A stretch of DNA of 40,335 nucleotides from Ascoidea asiatica JCM 7603 (lineage: Eukaryota > Fungi > Ascomycota): assembly GCA_001600695.1 (NCBI GenBank), contig BCKQ01000004.1, positions 1,147,831-1,188,165 of the forward strand, given 5' to 3'. Positions within the stretch are counted from its first letter, which is position 1, and every line of letters begins with the position of its first letter. Under the pieces are notes generated by a model. It was not told where the DNA came from. It saw only the letters and a list, made by a program, of their open reading frames with translations, and did not search any database. Positions 10,830 to 23,219 of this stretch are shown here, piece after piece. Made by a program: the position numbers and the translations under genes.

Positions 10830-12176
10830 ATGGATGAAGATTATGATATTATTGTTCTTGGAACAGGTTTAACAGAATGTATTTTATCAGGTTTATTATC
10901 TGTTGAAGGTAAAAAAGTTTTACATATTGATAAATTAGATCATTATGGTGGTGAAAGTGCTTCATTAAATTTATCACAATTATATTCAAAATTTAAACCA
11001 AATAAAATCCCAGATCCAAAATTAGGTAAAGATAGAGATTGGTGTGTAGATTTAATACCAAAATTTTTAATGGCAAATGGTGAATTAACAAATATCTTAG
11101 TTCATACTGATGTTACAAAATATATTGAATTTAAACAAATTAATGGTTCTTATGTTTATAGAAATGATAAAATTGCAAAAGTTCCATCAAATGAATTTGA
11201 AGCTGTTAGATCTTCATTAATGGGAATTTTTGAAAAACGTAGAATGAAAAATTTTTTAGAATTTATGGTAAATTATAATGAAAATGATATTCAAACTCAT
11301 AAAGGTATAAATTTAGATAAAAATTCAATGAATGATTTATTTTATAAATTTGGTTTAGAATCTGGTACAAAAGATTTTATTGGTCATGCAATGGCTTTAT
11401 ATTCAAATGATGATTATTTAAAAAAACCAGCAAGATTATCTTTTAATAGAATTATGTTATATTTACAATCTGTTTCAAGATATGGTAAATCTCCATATAT
11501 TTATCCACTTTATGGTCTTGGTGAATTACCACAAGGTTTTGCAAGATTAAGTGCAATTTATGGTGGTACTTATATGTTAAATACTCCAATTGATGAAATT
11601 TTATATGATAATATTACAAATAAATTTATTGGTGTAAAATCTGGTAATGGTATTGCAAAAGCTCCAATTGTTATTGGTGATCCAACTTATTTTCCAAATA
11701 AAGTTAATAAAATTGGTTTAAAAGTTATTAGAGCAATTTGTATTATGGATCATCCATTATCTGTTGCTTCTGATATTGATTCTTTACAAATTATTATTCC
11801 TCAAAATCAAGTTAATAGAAAAAATGATATTTATATTGCAATTATTGGTTCTCAACATAATGTTTGTTCAAAAGGTTATTATTTAGCTATAATTTCAACA
11901 ATTATTGAAACTGATAAACCTCATATAGAATTAGAACCTGCTTTTAAATTATTAGGTGATACTATTGATATACTTATGGGAATTTCTGATTTATATGAAC
12001 CAAAATCTGATGGTACTGATGATAATGTTTTTATTTCAAAATCTTATGATGCTTCTTCTCATTTTGAAACTGCAACTGATGATGTTAAAGATATATATTT
12101 TAGAGTTACTGGTAAACCTTTAGTACTTAAAAAAAGAGAACAACAAAAAGATGATGATGATGAAATTAATAATTAA
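10830..12176 (+). CDS. GDI1: Rab GDP-dissociation inhibitor
   Basis: MDEDYDIIVLGTGLTECILSGLLSVEGKKVLHID, DLIPKFLMANGEL, YGLGELPQGFARLSAIYGGTYML. Confidence 0.98.
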   Translation: MDEDYDIIVLGTGLTECILSGLLSVEGKKVLHIDKLDHYGGESASLNLSQLYSKFKPNKIPDPKLGKDRDWCVDLIPKFLMANGELTNILVHTDVTKYIEFKQINGSYVYRNDKIAKVPSNEFEAVRSSLMGIFEKRRMKNFLEFMVNYNENDIQTHKGINLDKNSMNDLFYKFGLESGTKDFIGHAMALYSNDDYLKKPARLSFNRIMLYLQSVSRYGKSPYIYPLYGLGELPQGFARLSAIYGGTYMLNTPIDEILYDNITNKFIGVKSGNGIAKAPIVIGDPTYFPNKVNKIGLKVIRAICIMDHPLSVASDIDSLQIIIPQNQVNRKNDIYIAIIGSQHNVCSKGYYLAIISTIIETDKPHIELEPAFKLLGDTIDILMGISDLYEPKSDGTDDNVFISKSYDASSHFETATDDVKDIYFRVTGKPLVLKKREQQKDDDDEINN

Positions 12177-12274
12177 ATTCATCTCTTCATCTCTTCATCT
12201 CTACTTTATTACTTCTTTTCATATATATCTATATCTATATCTAAATCTATATATATTATTTTATTTTATATACT

Positions 12275-12305
<31 letters not shown>

Positions 12306-12462
12306 TATATTTTATTTAATCATTTTAATCCTTAAAGCCCTAAGTACGTATCAGGGCTCTTAAATCCCATTATTTAATTATATATATAAAACAATTAAAC
12401 GCTACAATACAAAATATTTATATTATATCAAATTATTAATCATAGATAAGAGATAGTTAGTA

Positions 12463-12876
12463 ATGGGAAGCATATTTTTACCACATTTACATTCAGGTTG
12501 GCATGTAGATCAAGCAATTTTATCAGAAGATGATAAATTAGTTATTATAAGATTTGGTAGAGATAAAGATAGAGATTGTAAAAAAATGGATGAAATTTTA
12601 TTTAAAATTTCTGAAAAAATTAAAAATTTTGCAATAATTTATTTATGTGATATTGATGAAGTTAAAGATTTTAATGAAATGTATGAATTATATGATCCAA
12701 TGACTATTATGTTTTTTTATAGAAATAAACATATGATGTGTGATTTTGGTACTGGTAATAATAATAAATTAAATTTTCTCATTCAAGATTATCAAGAAAT
12801 GATTGATATTATTGAAATTATCTTCAGAGGTGCCATCAAAGGTAAAGGTCTAGTTACCTACAATCGTTCCTTCTAA
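12463..12876 (+). CDS. DIB1: U5 snRNP thioredoxin-like protein Dib1/Dim1
   Basis: LPHLHSGWHVDQAI, LVIIRFG, NKHMMCDFGTGNNNKLNF. Confidence 0.96.
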   Translation: MGSIFLPHLHSGWHVDQAILSEDDKLVIIRFGRDKDRDCKKMDEILFKISEKIKNFAIIYLCDIDEVKDFNEMYELYDPMTIMFFYRNKHMMCDFGTGNNNKLNFLIQDYQEMIDIIEIIFRGAIKGKGLVTYNRSF

Positions 12877-12900
12877 CTCTCTTCCTCTACTTCTTCATCA

Positions 12901-12904
<4 letters not shown>

Positions 12905-12934
<30 letters not shown>

Positions 12935-12943
12935 CTTCTTCTT
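12905..12943. repeat. (CTT)13 microsatellite
   Basis: Directly visible. Confidence 0.9.
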
Positions 12944-13215
12944 GTTATTGTTATTGTTTATTTTTGTGGGTTTTGTTCCGAGACCACTTTCACGGTGCTT
13001 CTTATTTCTTCTACTTTTCCACGGTGTTAAAAACTGTAGAAATATTGAATGTGTCAATAAATAAAGCAAATTGGTAAATAAACTGAAAATAAACGATATT
13101 TTATTCAATAATGAAGTAATTCAAGTCAATTCAATTCAGATAATAAATAAAGATATAATTAATGAATTAAACATATTCTATAACAATAATGACAATATAC
13201 AAATAAAAAATAAAA

Positions 13216-14688
13216 ATGATATCAAATTTAATTTTAATCTCAATTTCAATTCCATTAATTTTTAATAAAAATATCATTTATACTTCAATAGGTTTTGGAA
13301 TTTTATCATATTTATTAACAATTTTTATAATACCAAATGTTAAACAAAATTTTATAAAAATTGGTTTATTTGGTAAAGATTTATCAAAAAAAAATTCAAA
13401 TAAAATTCCAGAATCTTTAGGTATAGTTTCTGCAGGTACTTATGTTTTAATAATGCATTTATTTATACCATTTTTATTTGCAAAATATTTTGTAGATTTT
13501 GATAATAATATTATCACAAAACATATTATTGCTTTTAAATTTGATCAATTTAATAATTTTAAATTAACTGAATATTTAGCAGCTTTATTATCTTTAATGT
13601 TTATGATTTTATTAGGTATAATTGATGATTTATTTGATTTAAGATGGAGAAATAAATTTCCATTACCTTTAATTGGTTCAATTCCATTATTAATTGTTTA
13701 TTATGTAGATTATGGTATAACTTCAATTTTATTACCAAATTTTATAAAATTAAAATTTAATTTACCAAATACTATAGATCTTGGAATTTTTTATTATATT
13801 TATATGGCTTTAATTGTTGTATTTTGTCCAAATTCAATAAATATTTTAGCTGGTCTTAATGGTTTAGAAGTTTTACAATGTATTATATTATCAATAATTT
13901 TCTTAATTAATGATTCTTATTACCTTTTATCAAATTCTTCTTTTCCACAATCAAAAGATTCTCACCTTTTTTCTTTATGTTTAATAATTCCATTTTTAGG
14001 TACTTCTTTAGCTTTATTAAAATTTAATTGGTACCCTTCAAAAGTTTTTGTTGGTGATACTTATTGTTATTTTGGTGGTATGCTTTTTGCAATTGTTGGA
14101 ATCTTAGGACATTTTTCAAAAACTGCTTTAATTTTTTTTTTACCTCAAATTTTTAATTTCTTATATTCAACTCCACAATTATTTGGTTTAATTAATTGTC
14201 CAAGACATAGAATTCCAAGATTTAATTTAAATAATAATTTAATGTATCCTTCCTTCACAACTTTAAATTATTTCATCAATGATAATGATAATGATAATCA
14301 AGATCAAGATAAAGATCAAGATAAAGATCAAGATAAAGATAAAAATGAAGATAAAGATAAAAATTTTACTCAAAGAAATGAAATTTATAAAATTTCAAAA
14401 TTACCTAATTTTATAAAAATTAATTTTGAAAAAATTTTATATTTATTATCATATTTAAAATTAATTCAAATTAAAGAAAAAGAATTAATAATTTCAAATA
14501 AAAAACAAAAACATATAATAAAATGTAATAATTTAACTTTAATAAATTTAGTTTTAATTTGGTTTGGTCCAATGAGAGAAGATCATCTTTGTTTAACAAT
14601 TTGTTCTTTACAATTATTATCTGGTTTAATAATGATTTTTGGTAGACATACTTTAGGTCCAATATTTTATGGTTTTGATAATTTATAA
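13216..14688 (+). CDS. ALG7: UDP-GlcNAc:dolichyl-phosphate GlcNAc-1-phosphate transferase
   Basis: GLFGKDLSK, LLGIIDDLFDLRWR, FCPNSINILAGLNGLE, VFVGDTYCYF, CPRHRIPRF; DQDK-repeat insertion at about 14281-14360. Confidence 0.96.
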   Translation: MISNLILISISIPLIFNKNIIYTSIGFGILSYLLTIFIIPNVKQNFIKIGLFGKDLSKKNSNKIPESLGIVSAGTYVLIMHLFIPFLFAKYFVDFDNNIITKHIIAFKFDQFNNFKLTEYLAALLSLMFMILLGIIDDLFDLRWRNKFPLPLIGSIPLLIVYYVDYGITSILLPNFIKLKFNLPNTIDLGIFYYIYMALIVVFCPNSINILAGLNGLEVLQCIILSIIFLINDSYYLLSNSSFPQSKDSHLFSLCLIIPFLGTSLALLKFNWYPSKVFVGDTYCYFGGMLFAIVGILGHFSKTALIFFLPQIFNFLYSTPQLFGLINCPRHRIPRFNLNNNLMYPSFTTLNYFINDNDNDNQDQDKDQDKDQDKDKNEDKDKNFTQRNEIYKISKLPNFIKINFEKILYLLSYLKLIQIKEKELIISNKKQKHIIKCNNLTLINLVLIWFGPMREDHLCLTICSLQLLSGLIMIFGRHTLGPIFYGFDNL

Positions 14689-14905
14689 TTATTTAAATTA
14701 GAAATTAAAGAAATCATTTGTAATTTTATAGTTTATAGAGTTTTTAAAAAAAAAAAATATTTTAATATAGAAATTTAAAATTAAAGTTTAAGAAAATGTA
14801 TTTTTATATTCCTAAGATAAAATGAAATAAAAATTAAGTTAAATAAGACAAAAAAAGAGAAAACCAATTACAATAAGAATAAGAATAAAAAACAGAAAAA
14901 ATGAA

Positions 14906-17062
14906 TTACCACACTTGATTTTCTTCAAAATAATCAATTCTTTTATCATTCATATCAAGCATATGAGCAATATTATAACGAATTTCATCACTCATTTCTG
15001 AATGACAACAACTCATTATAGCTGTTGAACCTGGTGAAGAAGTAATTTCTTGTTCCAATAATTCTTTAATATCTGGTCTTCCAGTTTTAAATTCAATATT
15101 AGATAATTTAGAACTTCTAAGTCTAATGAGAACATCATCATTGAATTGTTTTATATTACTACTATCTTTTTCACTACCTGTAGAAACTGATGTTAAATCT
15201 CTGAATGAATCATTTAAAAATTCAGGTTGTTTTCCACCTTTAGTAACATATATAGTTACTTCAATTAAATCTCCAAAACTTTGTAGTTGTAATAATTCTT
15301 CATAAAACCATTCCAATGAACTCCAATATCTAACAATCCAAACAACTTTAACTACTTTTTTACAATCACTTGAAAGTGCTGAAGCAATATTTACTGCATG
15401 TGCATAAATTCCTGGTATACCATTACCACCAGAAATTAAAAGTGATTTATCATATTTACTTACTGGAGCTTTATCTCCATATAAACCTTCAACAGCCACT
15501 CTTATTAATGCAGTTTTATCCTTTTGATCTTCTAAACAATTGAAAATATATTGTGTTAATCCTTTTTTCACTTTCACAAAAAGTTTTATTTGACGTTCAG
15601 TTTCTTCACAATCAACAACTGTGAAAGGATGTGATTCCCAAAATCTTAATGGTTTGAAAAAATAAATATAGCAAAATGATCCTGGAAATGGTTTCCAATA
15701 TTTTGGTCTTGGAATTGAAATTTTAATGGTATCTTCACCAACTATTTTACATTCAGCCTTTGGAAATCCAAAACTAAATATTCTTATAAATCTAACCAAT
15801 CTATCAAAACACCAAACTGCTGCACCTGCAAATACAAATTCTTCATATTCTAATAATTCAAAGCAATGAATCCATAAACCTGCTAAAAATAGAGCACCAA
15901 CACAAACATGAATTGTAACAAATAAATCATAATAGTTTTTTCTAAATATCCATTTAGCCTGATAACACATTATAATCATAGAAAAAGTTGCAACTATACC
16001 CCATAAAAAATATCTTTCTCTAGCATCTTCAGCTAATACTTTATATAATGCACAATATACAAAATAAGCAACACTATGTATAAATGCTTCAATTGTGCAA
16101 ATTCTTGCAAGCCAACGATGATAAGTATTATAAGATGCTTGATTTATACCTGTAAGCCACATTAAAAAATTATTTCTACCAGCAAACAAGATAACAAAAG
16201 GAACCATATATACCGATAAAATACCTGATCTTAAACCAAGGTAATCAAGTTGTTCAGTAGAAGAACTTGAAAATAAAGTATCATACTTATAAACAACCAT
16301 ATCCACTGCTGTAAAAGCTATAGTAAGTATATAAAATATAAAAATAATTATTGATTCAAGTCTTGTTGGAATTAAACCAATTATATCTAGTCCGAAAAGT
16401 TTTGGAGTAGTGTTATGCTTTTCTCCAATTGTTGCTGGTAGAGAAATATATTTTCTCCATATCTTTACAACACCAAAGTTAATATTTTGATAAAAAGTTG
16501 GAAATAAAATTTTAGTCCAATGAACAATACCAAAAAGTCCCAAAATAATACCCCAATATATTAATAAAGCATAACCATAGATATAAGAATTATCATAAGC
16601 TGCATAAAATCTTACATATGATTCTAGATCAAAAGTATAAGTTGCTTTATTATAATAAACAGGAAGTGGAATTACATCAGTAGTAACATTAAAATTCTCT
16701 ATTGTAGATATATTTGTCATATATTTTGTACCATTTTCATAAGAAGCAAGTAACTCTTCAGTAGTAAAAGCTGGAAGTCCATAATATTGACAGTCTTCAT
16801 TAACAACTGGAGTAAGAGCAGCATTTCCAACACCAACCTGATCGTAGGCACAGTTTAATATGGAACTTAAACCGGGTTCCACACACATACAGTCAAAATA
16901 TGTACTTCCTTCAGGAATAGTACAAAAAGTACCCATGGTTGATAAAGAAGCACTACATGCCCAAAATGAACTATATGGAAGACCATGTTTTGAATATTTC
17001 AAAGCAGAAGTAGTAAATATTAATGAGAATAATGGAATTAAATTAATAATAGGTATAATCAT
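14906..17062 (-). CDS. Ferric/cupric reductase transmembrane component (FRE family)
   Basis: Signal peptide, Cys-rich N-terminus, FAGRNN, heme-ligand histidines (YHRW...H, H...H), HPFT FAD motif, GGNGIP, C-terminal FEENQVW. Confidence 0.93.
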   Translation of the reverse strand: MIIPIINLIPLFSLIFTTSALKYSKHGLPYSSFWACSASLSTMGTFCTIPEGSTYFDCMCVEPGLSSILNCAYDQVGVGNAALTPVVNEDCQYYGLPAFTTEELLASYENGTKYMTNISTIENFNVTTDVIPLPVYYNKATYTFDLESYVRFYAAYDNSYIYGYALLIYWGIILGLFGIVHWTKILFPTFYQNINFGVVKIWRKYISLPATIGEKHNTTPKLFGLDIIGLIPTRLESIIIFIFYILTIAFTAVDMVVYKYDTLFSSSSTEQLDYLGLRSGILSVYMVPFVILFAGRNNFLMWLTGINQASYNTYHRWLARICTIEAFIHSVAYFVYCALYKVLAEDARERYFLWGIVATFSMIIMCYQAKWIFRKNYYDLFVTIHVCVGALFLAGLWIHCFELLEYEEFVFAGAAVWCFDRLVRFIRIFSFGFPKAECKIVGEDTIKISIPRPKYWKPFPGSFCYIYFFKPLRFWESHPFTVVDCEETERQIKLFVKVKKGLTQYIFNCLEDQKDKTALIRVAVEGLYGDKAPVSKYDKSLLISGGNGIPGIYAHAVNIASALSSDCKKVVKVVWIVRYWSSLEWFYEELLQLQSFGDLIEVTIYVTKGGKQPEFLNDSFRDLTSVSTGSEKDSSNIKQFNDDVLIRLRSSKLSNIEFKTGRPDIKELLEQEITSSPGSTAIMSCCHSEMSDEIRYNIAHMLDMNDKRIDYFEENQVW

Positions 17063-18968
17063 CTTGACCCAAAAAGACTGAATTGTTTCCCAATTTTTTT
17101 TTTGCTTACTAATTCTTTAGGTATTTTTTTCAGGAAACTAAATAAAAAAAATGAACAATTATGTGCATATTTATATCTCTCAACTTTTTATGTTTTAACA
17201 AAGAAACTAAAAACTAAAAAAAAGAAAAATCTATTGAAAATTTAATTTTTGGAAACAGTAGTCAGAGTTTGATATTTGGAAGGAATTTCATTTGATAAAA
17301 ATTGAAAATTTTTAAAGCATGTGAGATGGTTGTATGTTTGAATTTTTATGCGAAATTTCTCTATTCAGATGAAAGCATCTCTTTTTCTCAAAAAAATTGT
17401 TAATCAACAATGTTAAAAAAAGTATATTGGAAATTAAAATCTGAAAGATGTTGAAAATGCATATAATATGACATGTTATTCCTAGATGTGAATATGAAAA
17501 CAGTAACAGAAACTTAATTTTCCCTTAAATTTTTTATAAATTTCAAAGAAGAAAAGAGGAAACAGAAAGAAACACATTTTTTTGTCTCAATATCTTAGTT
17601 GAAAATAGCTATTGCTTGAGCTTGTTCATGATACAAAAAAATCTGACTGTCCAATTAAAGTCTGATAGTTCGAAGTTATTAATTAACTGTGGATACATTC
17701 AGGGCTTTCCCAAACTTTTTTGCTGCATAACCATTGATCTAATAGATTAAAAATAAAAAGAGTGGCCCAAGACAAGTTATCTTTTTGATCAATTTTTGCT
17801 AATAACACCCCGGGTTCAAAATATGGCAAATTCTAACTTTAAATGAGTAGGAGTTTTTTTGATTGTTTGAAAACTAACGGAAAACAATTAAGCAGAGATA
17901 ATTCTAAATAATCCCCAAAGAAGATATGCAAATGCAAAAAACGATTATTTTTTTTTCTTTTAAATTAAGATAATTCTAATTCTGCTTCTTATTTCCACTT
18001 TTTTTTCATAGAAACCTTTTTTTGAGTCAGAAAAGTTTTTGAAAAACTACTACAGTAGTATGGAATAGCTCAAAGAATTTTTCCTTCAATACTGAATAAA
18101 CAAGTAAATACCAAGAACAGCTAAGAAGAATAATTGGCAATTGAAGCTTTTTTTTATTTTGAAACTAATAGCCAAAAAACTGTCAATAAAAAACGTTAAC
18201 AAATTACTAGTGAAAATATTACTTAAATCCGCTTTTCCAGCCAAAAATATTTGTGCTTCCGTTTTTTTGCATCCGAAAAAATATTTTTTTCACTTTAAAT
18301 CTTGTTGCGGGCACTCCCGATTTTTTAACTTTAAAATATAAACCTAAATTTTTCAGAATCAGTAATCCCTTGAAACCAATAAAGCTGGATTTAGATTAAT
18401 GAAAATTGATGAAAAGTAATAAAAATTATTAATAAAAATCAATAAAAATAGTCATTATGTCAAATAGAAATGCCCATTAAAAGATAGAGTATGGCAACAT
18501 TGTTAAAAGGAAGTTCAGACTTCAATCTCAAGTAAAAATCCAACGAATGGATCCACTCCAAGAAAAAAAATCATAGAGCTTATGTGAGTCCCTGAATTCA
18601 AAGTGCTTCAATGCTTAAAGTAAAATCTTAGTTGAAATTGTTGAAAATAGATAATTTTCTTCTTTTTTGATTTCCTTTTCGGTAAACCAACATACCTTAA
18701 TTATTTAGTAATTCGAGTGAAACAAATCCTCTCGATTAATTGTTTATCTAAAACTTGATATGTTCATAATAAAAAACAACTAGCAACCAGAAAAATACGT
18801 TAGTTAAAAGCATAATATCTTTAGATTAAATTACTATTTTCTAAAAATTACTCGGACCAAAATAAAATGGATCCATGATAATGTAGACAGCACTTGTTTC
18901 AATTCAATTAATTATAAGGCTTTGTGCATCTATTACATAGAAAAAAATAATTAAAATTAAGTTTTTTT

Positions 18969-21900
18969 TCAAAGTGGGGTGAAAGGGAAAACTGAATGAT
19001 GATCAAATTTAAAATGAGAATAAAAATAACCGTTAGTAAAATAATTTTTTTTGAGTTATTGATATGTAGGGCTTAAAATGAAAAAAAAGAGAATTTAAAT
19101 TAATGTACTTACGTTCAGCAGAAACTAAAAGATTCGATTCAATACTTTTATGAACAAACTCTTCATTCACAACTCTCGGGATTCCATGAAACTGAAAGCC
19201 ATCTTTAATTTCAAATATCGATGATATAGATTTTCTTATTTTTTCAACTGCATTGTTTATTTTATCTTTTAAATCTTCAATAATCAAATTATTGTTATCA
19301 ACTGAATCCTCCTTTAAAAAATTGGGAATGATTATAAAACTTGAGTCACTTATAATTTTAGTTAACTCCCCATTATGAGAAGTAATAGTTGTTTCTATTA
19401 CTTTGGTTTTATATGTCTCTGTATAACTTAATAAACTTTCTTTTTCAATTATGATATTTTTTTCATTCATCAACTGTTCATACCAATCTTTAAATGTTTG
19501 ATTGCTATCACATTTTTTCCCATTACTTTCTGAAATATCCTCATTAAAATCATGAGTTATAGTTTCAATATCAAGTACATAAAATTTCAAACCATGAAAA
19601 ATCATTGGCACTGGTAGAACTTCGTTCATTGTTATATATTCTTTGAGTATCTGTTCATCTATTTGATGAATATTCTCTAAATTATCTATTTCAAAATCTT
19701 TAACTAAATCTGTTTTCTTAGATTGTTCAATAATTTTATCAAATTCATCAAGTTCAAGTGAGACTCTATAACTGTCTCCATATTTATCTGCTCTGCCACT
19801 AACCATTTTTCTAAGCTTTTTATTAACTAAAAATAGATATTTTGGTTCCAATTGAACAATTTTTTTGAGTTTAATACAATCAAAAATCCATTTATTTGAT
19901 ATTATATCATATGCTTCACTATATAAACTTAATGTTTTTCTAGTTTTAACATCAGATATCAATATAAGTATTCTATTTCTTTCCTCTTTAGTTTTAGATT
20001 TTAGAGATTCTGATTTAGTTATAATTCCTCCATTTCTTTTTATAATTTTTTCAATATCTTTAACTTCTATTGTTTTATTCTCCTTATTATTTAAATAAAA
20101 ATCACTTAAAATGAAAAATTTAAAATCAGAAAATAAATCGGATTCCATTGTTAAGTTTCTCAATTCTTCATTTTCTTCTTCGATTTCATCTAATGCTGAT
20201 CTTTTTCTTTTTCTATGTTTTTTACCTTTATTTAATTTTGAAAATCTAAGAGTACTACTTTCCTTTGTAGCTAAATTACTCTCGGGATTTTTCAAATTTG
20301 AATCACTATTATTAATATCATCATTATCATGGTTATTGTAATCATTGTCATCATTATCATCATTATCAATCTCATTATCATCACTAGATGCCTGACTTTC
20401 ATTATCAGCTTCCTCTTCATAGAAACTTTTTCCAGTTTTATTATTAATAAAAGTATGTTTTCTTCTTAATTGTTGATATTCTTCTAAACTTAAACAATCT
20501 AAATAATTTTTATCAGTTCTAATAGATTTCATATACAAGTTATGTAAAGTGCTACCTAACATATAACTTCTTTCTGATTTTTCAATAACAATTGATCTAG
20601 CTTTAATTTCTAAAACTATAGAATCTGAAGGATTAATCCAAACATCTGGTTTTTTTTTACCAAATTCCATTATATTTAAATCAGGTTTTTCTAATTTATA
20701 ATCATGCCATTTATTAATAGTTAAATTTTCAATAATTTTAACTTCTTCTTGAGATATTCCATTTGAAACACCAGCAAAAGAAATAAATTTTTTATTTTCA
20801 TTATCAATTCTTAAACCCATAATAAAAGTTGGTTTTTTACTTATAATTTTTCCAATAATACATAAATCTACATTATCACCAAATTCTTCAAGATATTCAG
20901 GTTTAACTTTAATCCAACTTAAACCTCTATAATTAATTTTATAAATTGAAGAAGGATTTTTAATAATTATACCTTCGGAATTTTTTTCAATTGCAATTTT
21001 TAAAGCTAATTCAATATCTTTAATTGTTTTTGCTTTTGAAAATTTAATTAATTCTATATAACCAGGTTTTGATTTAATTAAATTAAATAATAAATTTTTT
21101 CTTTGAATTAAAGAATAATTTAAAATTGGTAAATCATTTAATAATAAAATATCAAAAATGACAAATAATGGTCTTGAATCTATATAATTTTTTTTAATTG
21201 GATCAAATTTAAAAGTTTCTTCAATTGCAGAATTTTTTAAATTACCTAAAGGTAAAATTAAATTTCTTTTAATATCATAAGATAACATTTCACCATCTAA
21301 AATTAAATTATTAATTTTATTAATATCTTTTTTAAAAATATCTTTAAAATGAGTAACAAAACCATTTGAATTTAATAAATTATTACCAAATAAATTAGTA
21401 TAATCTTTTGAATTTCTAGTAAAAAATTTAAAATTAAAATTATTTGTATTTTCAATTTTACTCATATGAACTAAACTTCTTTCACCATCTAATTTTTCTT
21501 CAATAAAAAATTCATTATTATTAAAATTTTCAATAATTTTTTTAAAATTTAAAGGTTTTGAAGCTAATTGGGGACTAAAAGCATTATTAATTTTGATTAC
21601 TAAATCTTTATCATTTAATTTTAGATTTGGATTAAGATTAATTAATTTGATTATTAAATTTTTTAAATCATTAACTATAGAAAAATAATAATTTGCATTA
21701 CAATGAAATGAATTTAAAAAATTTGAATCAATATTTGAAATTAAATTTGTTTTTAAAATAATTTTTAATAAATATTTAATTTGTAATAAAGGTAAATTAT
21801 TAATTAAATTTTTTAAAATTTTAATTTGAATTGAATTTTTATTTTCTTTATTTATTGATAAATTATTTAAATAATTATTAATTTGAAAAATAGATAAATT

Positions 21901-22851
21901 ATTATTTATATTTATATTTGATTTTCTTAATTTAATTAAATCAATAATTGAATTAACTAAATCATCTAATTTTTTATAATTAATATTATTATTATAAGAT
22001 TTATTATTAAAATTAATTTGTTTCCAATTTTTTAAAAGAATTGAAGTTTTATTTTTTGAATTAATATTATAAATTTTTAAAATATAATTAATTAAATTTG
22101 ATTCTTTAATATTATAATATCTTTCATTATCCTTTTTTGGTAATAATAATCTAAGTAAATTATACATTAATTCAATATTATAATTATTATTATTTTTAAT
22201 AAAATAATTTTTTCTTATATTTTGATAAAATTGACTAATAATTTGATTTTTTTGAAAATTTAAAGTTTTTTTTTCTTGATTTATTCCTATTGTTTTTGAA
22301 ATTGAAGAATTTGAAGATGAATTAGATTGTGGAATTATGGATAAATGATTTTTATTTAAATAATTTGAAGGTTTTTTAATTTTTAAAAGTTTTTCAGATA
22401 ATTCAACTAATAATGAAAATGGTGGAGATTTATCTTCATAATCTTTATTATTAAGATTATCGTTATCATTATCATTAACATTGATTTGATTTTGGTTAAA
22501 TTGATTTCCAGTTTCATTTTTATTTTCTTCTGGATTTGAATTTGATTGTTGTAAATGAGGAACAGGATTTGTAACAGTATATGAAACATTAAATGACTTT
22601 TTTATATTTTTCAGAAATGATTTATCCAAATTATTTGAATTATCATTAGATTTATCATTGAAGTTATAATTATCATAAATTTTGCTTTGATTTATTTCAT
22701 CAATATTCATTTCAGAAGGATAATTAATTGTCATATTATCTGGAAATGGAGGTGGAATATATAGAGAACCATCATCATTTTCAATATCACTTTGAGTTTC
22801 AAGAATATCAGTGTTTTCATTTTCATCATCAATGGATGAATTATCAGCCAT
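18969..22851 (-). CDS. DNL4: DNA ligase IV (NHEJ); two exons, 22851-19113 and 18991-18969
   Basis: EEKLDGER adenylation motif, LDGEM, EGIIIK, WIKVKPEY, two BRCT-like regions. Splicing gives the C-terminus ...SNLLVSAELFPFTPL*, resembling S. cerevisiae ...NCQVPEEDFPVVNY*. Confidence 0.92.
18992..19112 (-). other. Spliceosomal intron (121 nt) near the 3' end of DNL4
   Basis: Minus strand: GTAAGT donor at 19112, perfect TACTAAC at 19038-19032, first downstream AG is CAG ending at 18992. Confidence 0.85.
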
Positions 22852-23210
22852 TGTTTCGTACCTTTGTAATCATTTGATTTATTCTCATCAATTGATTCAA
22901 TAAAAGATTATAAATTAACAAAAGATAAACAAATCAAGATATAAAAGAAGATATAAAAGAAGATAAAATATACCAAAAATACCAAAATCTCGGCGCTTAA
23001 TCAAATCAAAGCAAATTCGGAACAAGAAAAAGGTTCGGCGGAAGAAGGCCAGGCGGATAGTTCCGTATCCAGCTTACCAAGGAAATTAATATGAAACTGG
23101 AAACTCCATCCTTACACAACGGATCCAAAGGACGTATTCATAAGTTTTGTTATGCATTAAATGCATGCTTCTACATATTTATAAACTTTAAAAATGTAAA
23201 AACAAAATTA

Positions 23211-23219
23211 GTCACGTGA
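23211..23219. promoter_or_regulatory. Cbf1/bHLH E-box GTCACGTGA in the DNL4-PMT2 divergent promoter
   Basis: Full match to RTCACGTG; a bZIP-type TTACGTAA lies at 23272-23279. Confidence 0.5.

Noticed and set aside
17063-18600. Aft1 (TGCACCC) or Mac1 (TTTGCTC) sites in the ferric-reductase promoter
   Set aside because: No exact matches found by eye.
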